A DNA stretch of 64,000 nucleotides from Anthoceros angustus (GCA_010909165.1 MU008164.1:2073595-2137594), one strand, 5' to 3'. Shown: positions 35,921 to 49,029, counted from the first letter of the stretch. The notes: a model not told the origin generated them from the sequence alone. Numbers and translations are program-made.

Positions 35921-38900
35921 ACACCAAGTTGAAATTTCATTTGTCTATGGCACTGGCGTTCTGTGCTAATTTTGTGTCAACTGTCCGAGCTTGGTCTGTC
36001 CTAGGTCCTTGTTGTGCTTGAGGAGACGTGTGGGTGCTGGCTGCTCTCTGTTTCAGGAAAGCAACCACATCTTGTATATCACGAATTCGTCCCTCCAGAC
36101 CTGACCAGGCTGGCTGTGGCTGAGTCGGCTGGTCTTTATGCTCCAAACCGGCTTTGGCTTCCAGATCTTGCAGAGCGACCAGCAGCGAGTATGAAATCCA
36201 GGCATCGCAGGCTGCGAATCTGATTTGGGTGAAGCTCAAGCCCTCCACAGCCCAATCGCTGCATGATATTGTCTTCCTTTTCTTGTATGGCAGGTCAAGG
36301 ATGTATTGGGAGAGCTTGGAGAGTCCCGCCTGACGCATCTCCCTCTGGTTGAGCAGTTCTGCAGCATACAGGGCCAGGTCTACCTCTCCGCAGCACCTCA
36401 ACCCGTAGTCTTCAAGCAGCTTCTCAGCATCGCCCTTCACTCCCACCCCCCCAAGCTTCACCTGTGGGTCAGCCAGCAGCTCCTCAAGTGCAGAAGGAAT
36501 CCGGTCTATGTGGAGGAGCTGCACCAGAAGACATCTGGAAGCCAGTGAAAGCTGCAGCAGGGCCACCTTGTTCTCATCCCCTCTGAACCTGTTAGGGCGC
36601 CATTGTACATCGAAGCCAAACAGTTTGTCCTTAGCTGTGCATTTATCAAGCCAGTCCTCCACTGCTGCCGCTGTATGTGCCACCCTGACCTGCAGGATCT
36701 GCCCGCCAACCTCCACCGCTCTTTCCAAGTACCCCACATCCACACACTTCTCTCCCCAACTCGTTATACCCTCCAGACAAGCGGAGGGAGAGCCCGGGGG
36801 GAAGGCAAAGAACCCATCTTCAGACTTAGCCTCCTTCCAACCAGCTGCCTCAGCCTCCCCCTCCGCATCCTTCCTCTCCCCAGATGCTTGCACCTCCCAC
36901 CCCTTTTCTCCTGCCTTCACCTCCGATGCATCATTCTTCGAATTCGCTGCCTCGAGCTCTTTCCCCTCCTCAGGTGCTTGCCCACCCTTCCAAACTTCCC
37001 CAACCCTCCCTTCCTCCCACCCACTGCAGCTTCTCTCCCCACCCTGAACATGGAACTCCTGAGCCTCCTCCGTGAAGCCCACTACCTCCCCTTCCTCCTC
37101 CTCTGAGAAGCCACCGCAGATGCCTGATTTGCTCGAATCTTTCAAGCTCTTTGCTCCAGCCGACTGTGCCTGTGCTGCAGCGTGCTCTTCCAGGGAAGTA
37201 GAAGCCTTTTTTGCTGCAAAGACCGAGTCCTCCGGATCCTCCTGCAGGACATCCATGGCACCGCCTCCAGCGCCACTAGTCTCGCGATGTGGTAGGTAAA
37301 CCTAGAGCTCCCTCCTAGAGCAAAACACCGGTCCTCGCAGCAACTTTCCTTCTATAGACTCAATTGCGGTGCCGACTCCTGTGTGAACATGCTTCGAATT
37401 CTTCCTCTGCAGGACCATGGTGTATGTGCAGCTCGACCATCATTTATATTCGTCGTGGCCAGTGGCCTACACACTGTAGCAGCTGCGCAGGACCGACAGG
37501 TCTGGAAGCTGGAATCCGAAGGCGAAGCGGGTTCAGGCAACAGTGACGTCACCCACCTTGTCAGAGGGGTGTTCAGACAGGCCTCATCTGGCTGGCCATG
37601 GTACTCGGAATCTTGCATGCAAGCCGTCAGGAATCATCGTGCGAGCAGCGAGCTACTGCCTATACGTGTCTTGTGTCTTGTACAATCGAAGCATCATGAG
37701 AAACATCGATCAATGAGGTCTCTCTTGAGGCCCGACGTCCAGTGCGCATCACGATAATATGCACACCAGGTGGCAGGTACGCTGTAGCAAGCTGGTCTGG
37801 AGAGGAAATACATATCGATGCCGACTACATCAATGAACAGCAGGCACACGCCCTTGGAAGCTTCCAAGATCGAAGGAGGTGCAGAGCGCTGGACTGGCCA
37901 CTCCTGGTCTTCAGCTCGTGCACACTTTCAAGGAGTAGGATTATCGGGGACATGCGTTTCGAATGCTTGGAACTAGACTGCGCCTGTACAGGCAAAGAAG
38001 CAGCTGACAAGACGTGGAAGGCCTCCATGTTTTCAAGGTTGATCCGGAAACGTGCACAGGTTCAATCTTGAGTAACCAGCTCAGTCTCCTTACAGATATC
38101 GGTCTTGAACTTCATCAAAAAACAAACCTCCAAAACTTCGATATCAACCAAAACAGCCAGCAGCCTCCTCGAGCTCGAGGCTCAGGGTTGGTGTGGTTGT
38201 AACCCCGGCAAGCAGGGCGGCGAGATACCTGCTGCTACAGACTCCCACCAAAACGTTAAGAATGCCCAGAATGCGTTCACACAAAGTTCTGCCACCCGTG
38301 CCAAAACGAAACACAGGCTGAAACAAATTTACAGCCATGAGCTTAGCTCGGAACTTCAGAGAAAGCGATCGAGAACACTTGCAAAACAGTCAGCAGCGAG
38401 GTGCAATACAAAAAAGGAGAGAGAGGTGGAGGCTTGCCTTCCTGGAAACCGCAATGGCAGAGAAGTGGGTGACGATGCGATGCTGAGCTTCTCCCTCAGC
38501 GGAATGGACCCGAACCGGTGGAGGAACTCCGCAAAGATCATCAAAATTTCCACGTCGTCGATCTGGAAGCCTATAGCTCGAAGCACGCAGAACGTGGTCC
38601 TTGGAATTCTCCTCCTCCGCTGCTCTACCGCCTCTCTGGCCTCCTCCGACATCTTCCCGTCCGGAAGCCTCCGGAAACCGGAAGGGAACGAGATGGTTGC
38701 CCGTTGCCCCGGGCGGCCCCGGGACCCTGGACCACCGCCGGGGAGGGTAGGACCCGGACCCCCGCTTCGGGCAGAGGCCCGGTCCGAACCGGGTGGCCTT
38801 CCCCCAAGCCACCCGGGTTTTTCAAGTGGTGAGTGAGCTGGCACTCAAAGCTTAGAGGAGCCCTGAATGCGGCTCTGTTACGTTTCCTCTTGCTCAATTG

Positions 38901-39072
38901 AGGGAGACGGTACGTCCTGTCCGTTGATGGCATCCTGAATCCAGGGCCAGGATTGGATGGCAGGGGTATCGAGGAGCTACTTTACCTTGTCACTGCCACG
39001 TCAGTTTTGCATATGGCTTTATCCTTCCGACACCAAGTGTGGGAAATGAAATAAACAATGCAGGCCGTGAGA
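35921..39072. repeat. Segmental duplication, copy 2
   Basis: Colinear with 29271-33050. Confidence 0.92.
35937..37256 (-). CDS. WRN/WEX-like exonuclease, copy B (439 aa, intact ORF, catalytic residues substituted)
   Basis: Close paralog of copy A; ExoI GFDVQWRP (E->Q), ExoIII QIRFAACDAW (Y->F). Confidence 0.92.
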   Translation of the reverse strand: MDVLQEDPEDSVFAAKKASTSLEEHAAAQAQSAGAKSLKDSSKSGICGGFSEEEEGEVVGFTEEAQEFHVQGGERSCSGWEEGRVGEVWKGGQAPEEGKELEAANSKNDASEVKAGEKGWEVQASGERKDAEGEAEAAGWKEAKSEDGFFAFPPGSPSACLEGITSWGEKCVDVGYLERAVEVGGQILQVRVAHTAAAVEDWLDKCTAKDKLFGFDVQWRPNRFRGDENKVALLQLSLASRCLLVQLLHIDRIPSALEELLADPQVKLGGVGVKGDAEKLLEDYGLRCCGEVDLALYAAELLNQREMRQAGLSKLSQYILDLPYKKRKTISCSDWAVEGLSFTQIRFAACDAWISYSLLVALQDLEAKAGLEHKDQPTQPQPAWSGLEGRIRDIQDVVAFLKQRAASTHTSPQAQQGPRTDQARTVDTKLAQNASAIDK

Positions 39073-39309
39073 GAGGCGCACCTGCCACCAACCCCACCAA
39101 CCACCACCATTGACTTCAACGTCTGCCCAACAGCGGTGGAGTAGGGATGGCAGCCATGTCGTGCTTTTTTACGGAATACGCCGGTTCATGTAAAGGGGGC
39201 TCAGCGTGTATTGTATGTATGACGTAATGATATTGGAGGAGATACGGCAAAGGTTTACAGTCATATATACTCTCCTACATAAATCATTAATTGGAAAACG
39301 TAACTTAAT

Positions 39310-39900
39310 CTCATGAAGATCGTTGTATACGGAGTTGGGAAATACCGGTCTTCTTCACAATCCTGTGAAGACCGTTGTACCCTTACAGAACCGTCATCTT
39401 CACAATTCTTCACAATCCCATGAAGACCGTTAAACCGTTACATTGCAGTCATCTTCACAATCCCATGAAAACGGTTACTTGTGAAGGGTTGAAAATAGGG
39501 TCTTCGTAATTCCCTAAAGACCGAGTCGAGGTCACAAATACTAGTCGTCTACACAATTCCATGAAGACCGGTGTCGTGAGGAGGGTTGGAAAATACCAGT
39601 CGTCTTCACAATCCCATGAAGACCGCTCTGTGCAAAGGGTTGCAAAATACTCATCATCTTCATGATTCCATGAAACCCGTACTTAGGGTCGGAAAATACC
39701 GGTCATCTTCATAATTCCTTTAAGACGTGCCACGGTCAATACCGGTCATCATCATGATTCCTGGAAGACCGAGGGTCGGAAAATACTGGCCTTCTTCCCT
39801 ACAAATAGCGTTGGTTGCCGGGGAATGTGAAATGACTATACATATTGAGAGTGTCGGAGGATACCTGTCATTATCACAATCATGTGAAAACAGTTATGTT
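39310..39900. repeat. Degenerate array of palindromic units (agggttggaaaataccggtc-gtcttcacaatcccatgaagac-cg) with variable linkers; related array at ~33240-33530
   Basis: About 10 units, each with a GTCTTCA-N8-TGAAGAC inverted core. Confidence 0.8.
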
Positions 39901-40529
39901 GAAGGGGTCGAAATGACCATCGCAGTGAAAGAGCCATGAACTATGCATCGGTCTAGTCTTTTATTTCATGTTCTCAAACCCTGAGCACACGGGACAGGCT
40001 TGATATGATGAATTTCATGCCGCTCTCTGTGAATTTGTGGATTCTATTGATGTTGAATAATGTTTTTCCTCATATGTAATATGTATTATTTATTTTATCT
40101 ATCATAATCTTTTTATCTAATGCCCTCATCATTGGTTTTTCAGCAATTGGGAAAATTTGATCTAAAGTATAATTTCTCCCATATTTTAATATCAATTCAG
40201 TAATATCTTGTATTGTCATCCAAATTACTAATATATTTATGACATATTCCAGGTGCATTATGCATTCTTGTGTCTTGCACTAATTGATTGGCCCTATTCT
40301 ACATCATTTATGTTGACTCATCTGATTTACTTTTTTTTAATTTGATAGTTCCCAGTGCTAACGCGAGTCCCGAGTCATCGAGCGGACTACTCCGGAGAGA
40401 ATTATCCAAGCTCTGGTGACGGACCCCTAACATGTGGTGAGTGCAGGTGTGGAGAAGCCGGGACCCTTGCTCTTCCATGGCCCTGACGGCCAGCAGACTG
40501 GAGCGGGCGTAGAAGGCCAGTCACCAGGG

Positions 40530-40740
40530 TGAGCCTTCATAACCTGGAGGCGATCATCCATGGAGTGAAAAGTCATAATCAATATGCGGTCTCTACCAAG
40601 ATCCTTTCCAAGCCAGAAGGCTCGAGCAACAACCACATCGACCTCTAGCCTATTGAGAAGCTCCTTTGCAGCCACAAGTGGTGCAACAATGTCATTACCA
40701 AGACCATAAATTCTCAAGTTCAATGTACGGCAGCATCGTC
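40530..40740 (-). mobile_element. LINE ORF1p-like RRM remnant
   Basis: RTLNLRIYGL...AKELLNRLEV...RAFWLGK...RILIMTFHSMDDRLQVMKA matches the NLRIxGL...RxG...RP.IVxF..xDR..VLK pattern of LINE ORF1 RNA-binding domains. Confidence 0.6.
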
Positions 40741-41532
40741 CTCGATATTGTGTTACCACCGGGACAAGAAGGAGCAAGGGGATCGATATCATTAACTCCC
40801 ATGGGTTTCTACCGATAGCGTCGGGTAGAAAGGGGTTTCTCCAAGAACCCCTTTTTGCTGCACTTTAAACCCCAAATTGCATGCTAAAAAATCCGCACTA
40901 AAAACGACCATTTTGAATAGTTTAGGTCTTGTTTACGTGTGCACAAACGTACTTGATTTTCAATTTTATCCAATTTTGAGCCTTCCTAAAAGAAGGTCAT
41001 TCTCACAATCCGCACGTGTACAAACATTTAGAGTGTTTAGGGCTTGCTGTGATTTTGGTGTGCAAACTTGTTTGCGCATCAACCTTTCACTCGTACCAGT
41101 CAATCCTAAGACTATACTCTCGCTCTGGGAATCCTACAAGACTTTGTTTCTTAGACATTTGGCACAATAATATCTTCCTTGACCTGATGCTCTTCTTGAT
41201 TCGCATGCAATGCGAGAATGAAAGTGCTATGGTCTGCACTTGGAACTGGGCCCAAGCCAAATGTCTAAAGATTCAAAAGATGCAAAAGGTTCTCACTATT
41301 GTTTTGCCGCTGTTGTTTGAGGTTTTGTTTTGTTTTGTTTTTTTATGTTTTTTTATTTTTTCTTTATTATGCCTTAATTTTTGTTGTGCTAGTGCTTTAA
41401 TTTATATTATTGTAGTAAATTTTTTTTTTCCGTTTGGCCATGAAATTTGAAAATGGAGATAAGATGACAATTCCAATGCTTATGTATTTACAATAAAACC
41501 CCAAAGTAGGTCAAACCACCTATTCCACAACG

Positions 41533-43554
41533 CAAAGTCTCTCATTAACCTCTTATCCTACAAGTCTAGGTTTGTTTTACGCTCTCGTGGTTTGATAGTC
41601 CTTGAAATCATCCTTGAAATCATAATATGATGAGTAGTTCTTTATGTAAAGTGTACAAATTGGATGGTCTCATCTACACTAAAGTATTGGGGTCTCTAAT
41701 TGCGCTTGCCTTGCAATATTGGGCACCTTGATAAAGATTTCGATGCCGCGAAACTAGATATACGAATGGCTCCTTTTGATGAAGGTTTGAATGCCATGTA
41801 CAAACATTTAGAGTTTTTAGGGCTTGCTATGATTTTGGTGTGCAAACTTGTTTGCACACCAACCTTTCACTCGTATCAGTCAATCCTAAGACTATACTGC
41901 TACAACCGTATGAGAGGGACTTTGGAGATTGGACGTTTTTCATCGCTGAGATACTTGTACATATATAGGAGACGGGGACAGGCCAAGAAGGCGGTGTCCC
42001 TCGTCCAACAACCTTGGTTGTTGCTCTTAACTGTCCGTTAAAGCTAAAGCTATCTCCTACACTACCTATTTACCCCCGTCTATTTACTTGGTAATCTAGG
42101 TATTATTACAATATTATTCAATAATGATTCATCTAGCACTTATCTTTCACCGGCTATAAGTCACATTATAAAATCACTCAAGGTACCTTCTGGATCGGTT
42201 CCATTGTCTCGTCGGCTATGGTGGAGGCGACCGTTCGGTAGCTTCACACGCGACCGGCCATCGTTGCGTGTGGATTCTTCCCACTTAGGATGGCGGGTCC
42301 TCTGGCTCGGTGCTGGGGCTCGGGAAGGCTCATTTGAGCCCGTAAGTGAAGGCGGTGCAAAATCTTTGGGGTTCCCTAAGCAAGATTCTGTCGAGGCCAC
42401 AACACCATAATATTCATCTGATGGAATAAGCGAGGAAGCTTTTCAATGAATATCTTGGTAGGTGGGAACATGGGAACGAAATGCCTGTTCCTGCCATTTT
42501 CCACAAAAAATGTTTCAAAAGTACGATTGCTTTGTGTGCAGGAAGCCGGGAACATGGCATGAGTTGGGCTGGAAAAGGGAGATACAACCTCGGTAGGCAT
42601 ACATTTGCCTTGAAATAATGCCCATACATGACACTCTGTTGGTGGCAGCGAAGAGGGCACGAGAGAGGCCTCTTGCTATACATTCAGTACATGAAGGGTA
42701 TATGATTTTGGAAAAACTGTTTTAAGGAGGGTGTAATAACTATTGGAGATGACAATGGAAATTCAACACGCACCAGTGCGAGTCCCTGTTTCCATCTTCC
42801 CGAAATCATGCAATGCAATTGCCGTTTGCATGCCTCTGGTGTGTGTTTTGTACTTGTCAGTCCACCTTCTTCATGGATTAGTGCTATAAAAGAGAAAGCA
42901 GTTGGCAAGGCGACAAAGTCTCTCTCGACTAACCTCTTATCCTACAAGTCTAGGTTTGTTTTACGCTCGTAGTTTGATAGTCCTTGAAATCATCCTTGAA
43001 ATCATAATATGATGAGTAGTTCTTTATGTAAAGTGTACAAATTGGATGGTCTCATCTACACTAAAGTATTGGGGTCTCCTAATTGCCTTGCAATATTGGG
43101 CACCTTGATAAAGATTTGGTCTTGAAACTAGATATCTGAATGGCTCCTTTTGATGAGGTTTGAATGCCATGTACAAACATTTAGAGTTTTAGGGCTTGCT
43201 ATGATTTTGGTGTGTGCAAACTTGTTTGCACCAACCTTTCACTGCAGTCAATCCTAAGACTATACTGCTACAACCGTATGAGAGGGACTTTGGAGATTGG
43301 ACGTTTTTCATCGTTGAGATACTTGTACATATATAGGAGACGGGGACAGGCCAAGAAGGCGGTGTCCCTCGTCCAACAACCTTGGTTGTTGCTCTTAACT
43401 GTTCGTTAAAGCTAAAGCTATCTCCTACACTACCTATTTACCCCCGTCTATTTACTTGGTAATCTAGGTATTATTACAATATTATTCAATAATGATTCAT
43501 CTAGCACTTATCTTTCACCTATAAGTCACATTATAAAATCACTCAAGGTACCTT
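41533..43554. repeat. ~650-bp direct repeats (41533-42189 and 42914-43554); partial third copy 41017-41117
   Basis: caaagtctctc...ataaaatcactcaaggtacctt present twice; near-identical ORF-track translations at 41700 and 43212. Confidence 0.93.
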
Positions 43555-45030
43555 GGAGAACTAGTGGACGCATGAACTCGAAATTCCCGACAAACGCGTT
43601 CAAACATATGAGGAGTGAAATGTGCGGGGAGGTATAAGCGGTGGAGGCGCGGCATGCGCCTCCATTTATATCTTCTACAAACGATAGAAACAAGTGACTT
43701 ACCTTGAGAACTAGGGACGCATGGTCAAATGCCGTCCCGCCGACAAGCGTTCAAACATGAGGAGTGAAATGTGGCGGTGTAAATAGTGGAGGCAGGCATG
43801 CGCGCCTCCTTATTCTCCTTCTACAACCAGTGAAACAAGTGACTTACCTTGAGAACTAGGGGATACATGGACTGCGAAATGCGTCCCATCGACAAGCGTT
43901 CAAACATATGAGGTGAAGGCTTGTAGGAGTGTAAGCGGTGGAGGCGGCATGCGGCGCCTCCACTTGTTACTGCTACAAACTAGAAACAAGTGACTTACCT
44001 TGGGCGAGAAATAGGCATGGACCCGCGAATGCAGTCCCATCGACAACGCGTTCACATATGAGGAGTGAATGTAGGGCGGTGTAAGCGGTGGAGGCGCGGC
44101 ATGCGGTGCCTCACTGTTACCCCTATAAACGGTAGAAACAAGGACTTACCGTGGGCGGAACTAGGGACATATGGACTCGCGAAATGCCGTCCCATCCGAC
44201 AAACGCTCAAACATATGAGGAGTGAAATGTGCGGGGAGGTATAAGCGGTGGGCGCGGCATGCGGCGCCTCCTTGCTATATCTTCTACAGTAGAAACAAGT
44301 GACTTACCTTGGAGAACTCGTGACGCATGGTCCGAAATGCCGTCCCGACAAGCGTTCAAACATATGAGTGGTAGTGGGCGGTGTAAATAGTGGAGGCATG
44401 CGCCTCCCTGTTACACCTTCTACAGTAGAAACAAGTGACTTACCTTGGAAAGAACTAGGGACATGGACCCATGAAATGCGTCCCATCGACAAGCGTTCAA
44501 ACATATGAGGTGAGCTGTAGGGCGGTGTATTGTCGGTGGAGGCGGCATGCCGGCGCCTCCACTATCTACAAGCAGTGAAACAAGTGACTTACCTTGAGAA
44601 CTAGGGGACACATGGACCCAAATGCCATCCCCGACAAGCGTTCAAACATATGAGGAGTGAATGTAGGGCGGTGTAAGCGGTGGAGGCGGCATGCGGCGCC
44701 TCCTTGTTTCCCTACAACGTAGAAACAAGTGACTTACCTTGGACAGAACTAGGGACATATGGACCCAAATGCCATCCCATCCGACAAACGCTCAACATAT
44801 GAGGAGTGAATGTAGGGCGGTGTAAATAGTGGAGGCGCCGCATGCCGGCGCCCACCGCTTACACGCTACAAACGGTAGAAACAAGGGACTTACCTTGGAC
44901 AGAACTAGGGGACACATGGACCTGCGAAATGCCGTCCCATCTGACAAACGTTCAAACATATCAGGACTGAACTCTCCGGGCTAGGGTATTGTCAATGGTG
45001 GCGCCAGCATGCCGGCGCCTCCACTATACA
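43549..45030. repeat. ~149-bp satellite, about 10 units, each with a GC-rich hairpin
   Basis: Anchor gaaacaagtgacttaccttg recurs every ~135-158 bp; internal palindrome gtggaggcg-gcatgc-cgcctccac. Confidence 0.95.
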
Positions 45031-45399
45031 TCTGCAATACAACTGGTAGACCACGTAAAAGCATGGACCCGGTAAACGCCTTCATTACATAGCGATGTCC
45101 AAACGTGCGAGCAGTGTTCAGCCAACCTATCTAGTAATTGCCGGCCGAGTATGAAACTCGGAACCCAACATACGCTGACTATATCGTGAACACAAAACCC
45201 TAAAATCTCTAGTCTTGACATCAATTCCTTCACAACCAAAGGACATCCATCATCCACTTCATGGTCATCCTCCTCTCGGGGCTGAGATAAGGTCGTGATT
45301 CATTCTATCTCGAATAGCCTTCTTGTTGGAAGCGTAAAGGTGCTTTCTTGCATTGAGGTTGAACCCATAATAGAGAATAATAGTCTTATTCACAAATAG

Positions 45400-46770
45400 T
45401 TTCTGAATGTTTTTGGGTAAATTTCCCTTTCCCACTCTCTTCCCATTTCGCGATCGTCAATTATCTGATCCTCTAACAAAGAACTCCTCAAAATATTTCC
45501 CTTCAAAAGCATCAGTGTGCTCAGTCCTATACCAGTAGACCATGAGAAATGGGTTCGCACAATCGAAGTCTACGCTTTCCACCTTCCCAATCCAAAAAGC
45601 CTTGTTATGTGTATCTCCTGAGCATGGAGTTGCAATGAACATGCCCTTCCTTATCTCTTTCACATCTCCATTCATCCTTTCTATTCCTTGTTGTTGTCGA
45701 CTTGCATTCTGGTGAGCTCCAAAATACATATCCCTTTGAGGAACTTCTCTTAGTAATGCTTCATCAAGCACAACCTCCTCCGGCACTTGAAGTGGCAGCA
45801 TGTGTGCCTCCACCTCTTCTCTGTTGTACCACCTCCACGGTTGTTTAAGCACCAGAGCAATATTGTTCTCCACAATAGTGGCAATTCCTTCCTGGCCGAC
45901 CCAAAACAACCTCCACTACATCCTCTCCGACGGCGTGATATACGTTGCCAAGTTCAGTAAGCCATGCTTCAAGTGCGCCACACCTGCCGTGAGTGAAAGA
46001 CCTCCATCTTGACCCTTTTTGTCTCTCGCCTTCAGCGGCATGAGGGGAGTGGGGCGTACGGTGGTTGATGGCACAAATTTCAAAAATTCCAAACCATCTT
46101 CTGATTCCCATTGAGGGGAGGTTGAGTACTGCTTGCTTCGGATGACCGTAACTTGACCTCGGTCTTGCTGTTCCTCTCTCGTGATTTTAAATTGATGTTG
46201 GAAGGACAGATTATTCAACTGGTTCAATGCCGCCTTATATGCATATCCTCTCGTCTCCTTCTTAATGGGCCATACATAAGACCGAAAATCTGCCACCTCT
46301 GTTATTACTGCTTGGTTGGGGTGAAAGCGTCAAAATCTCCGAAAGTGTATCAATAGTAAGCTTCTTTGTGCCTAAGAAGCTTGAGAAACAAGAAAACATT
46401 TGATCAACTTTGATCATGGGTATGACCAACCAATAGGAACCCAACCTTTATTTTAACGAACACAAGGTCGATGAGCATATTTAGATGCGAATAGTAGTTG
46501 GTTCTTGTTCTCGCAAGTATTATCCGGGGTAAAGAACTTTAGGAAGCACCCTTCGTAAGAAAATATGACATCTGAATTATATGGATAGTGAGATTGGCGT
46601 CGTTGTGCATTAGCGTAGTGTAAATATGCCCTCGCCTTGAAAGTGTAATTATGTATCATACATCCCACCACATGAACATTAATAAGTGATGCCTCACACT
46701 TGACTCTTTGGGATATCGGAGATGAGGGAGCTCATCTTCTTCTGGTCCATGCAACAAGGTCTCCTAATAA
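45400..46770 (-). mobile_element. Decayed DUF7869-like (Sola-related, RNase H-fold DDE-like) transposase
   Basis: Across frameshifts: MDQKK.ELPHL, DNTCENKNQLLFA, GFLLVGHTHDQ.DQMFSCFS, DFRSYV, HQFKITR, and a C-terminal FWIGKV...VYWY module. Family assignment is from recalled motifs. Confidence 0.65.
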
Positions 46771-46792
46771 GTAGAGACGACTCCTCGTCTCT

Positions 46793-48310
46793 AATTTTGA
46801 GGGTGTGAAATTTGGAGTTTGACGATGGAAAACCGTGCTTTGTCATGTTTTCAAAACTTTGGCCAAAAACTTAAGTGTGAAAGTCCGAAGTGAAGAATGC
46901 AACCATGTTTTTTAGGGTTTTCCCTGTTATGGTTTTTTTTTAGGGTAACACAATCCTCTAATTACCCACCACAAAATGGTTACATTCGAAGATGGAAACC
47001 ATATGTAACAAGCCATGTAGTCATATGGACATCATGAATTTCAAAATGACGACATAAACGGTTTGAAGGGTTGCATGTATGAACGGTTAACAAAAAATGG
47101 TGGATGCCGCATCACTGTAATTCTATGACCGTGGACATCCGGTGAACGCGGCTTCTTCAGTGAACTTCGACTCCAACACAAGTCAAGTGTTGGGATGCCC
47201 TGGATAGTGCCTCGCAACATGGCAGTCATATCTATGTTGCGAAACATGACATGAAAGCCTGGAGGCCGTGCGGCCTGCATTCTCCTGCGTGCTCTCGAAA
47301 GTCCCCCTATAGGCACCAACGTTTGGATGTGTTCAACGTCATTTCGAACCTCACGCTAGCAGGCATAATCCATGCCCATTGGCCTAACCTCATGGCTACA
47401 ATGTTACGCATCGTGACCCTTGGTATGACATATCCATGAATAGGCGATGGTTATGTCATTGGACATGCTCAATGCTTGATGCGTATAGCCATTAGGTAGC
47501 GACGGTCTTTCTTTGGTAGTTTATGCGCCATGATGACAATACGGAATGTGGTAGGAGTTTGATCGGCAATTTTGAGTGTGAAATTTGGGTTTGTGATGGA
47601 AAACCGTGCTTTGTCATGTTTTCAAAACTTTGGCCAAAAACTTAAGTGTGAAAGTCCAGTGAAGAATGCAACCATGTTTTTAGGGTTTTCCTGTTATGGT
47701 TTTAGGGTAATCCTCTAATTACCCACCACAAAATGGTTACATTCGAAGATGGAAACCATATGTAACAAACCATGTAGTCATATGGACATCATGAATTTCA
47801 AAATAGCGACATAAGCGGTTTGAAGGGTTGCATGTATGAGCGGTTAACAAAATGGTGGATGCCGCATCATAATTCTATGACCGTGGATATCCGGTGAGCG
47901 GCTTCATCGAACTTGACTCCAACACAAGTCAAGTGTTGGGTTGCCACGGATAGTGGCGATCATATCTATGTTGCGAAACATGATATGAAATACGGAGGCC
48001 GTGCGGCTTGCATTCTGCGTGCTCTCGAAAGTCCCCACGAGGCACCAGCGTTTGGATGTGTTGAGCGTCATTTCGAACCTCACGCTAGCAGGCATGCCCA
48101 TTGGCCTAACCTCATCGGCTACAATGTTACGCATCGTGGCCAGGCGGTACGGTATGACATATCCATGGTCAAGCGGTGGTTATGTCATTGGACATGCTCA
48201 ATGCTTCAGTGCGTATAGCCATTAGGTAGCAGCCAGTGCTGCTGGTAGTTTGTAAACGCCATGATGACAATACGCGGAATGTGGTAGGAGTTTTACAGTC
48301 GGCAATTTTC
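46793..48310. repeat. Tandem duplication, ~775-bp unit (46793-47567, 47568-48310)
   Basis: aattttgag..gtgtgaaatttgg...gtggtaggagttt..tcggcaatttt repeated; copies differ by many small indels. Confidence 0.93.
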
Positions 48311-49029
48311 AGGCTATTTTACGGGTTATGGCGAAAGCGGGGCAGGGTTCTTATTGCAAGGGTGATCATGGGCCCGCTATGGTAATTTCACGCCTCAACA
48401 TTCAATGGCGACAAAGAACAAAGCGCAAAATCGTATGCTTGCATACGGTAAACAAGCCTGCGAGAACATGCACTCGGGTTGTGGTCATCACGGACACAGC
48501 CGGACAAAGACAACTCGATCCGGCCTCAACACGGTTGTCCGGTGTTTGTGCTCACCGGTGGCGGACACCTCTCCACACGTTGTTCACCAGCGATCTTTGA
48601 GTCGAACACCCAGTTGCGGCCATTACCAATCGCCCCACCGTGATCCAAGATTCACAAACATTAGGTTCATATGCGGGTTTTCGGTATGCGGCCTATCCAT
48701 GGTAGGGGTGAACCAATGGATCATAGTCTTTAGTGGTCATGTCCGAAGGTGACCTTGTCCATCGCCGCCCAGGAGGCTGTAGCACTATGTTCCTGTGCCC
48801 AAAACTCACCCTTTATGTGAGCTCCCTTTTACCTTTGTCAGCAATTGCCACGCCTGACAAGACATGGAAGGATCATCACACCTCAGGTGTAGAATGCTTT
48901 TCGATTGTGTGGCGCTTGAGATCCACAAAACTGCCCCGGCCCCTTGCCACATTGTTCACCATCGGTTCTTTGGTGAGCGTCTTAGGCCCGCCTTCAACCT
49001 CTCCCAACTCTTCCTCCTCGCTTGGCGGT

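Noticed and set aside
39310-39900. CRISPR array
   Set aside because: Repeats are degenerate, linkers are short and irregular, there are no cas genes, and the context is plant nuclear.
41533-43554. LTR pair of a small retroelement (TRIM)
   Set aside because: No TG...CA ends, primer-binding site, polypurine tract or TSD seen.
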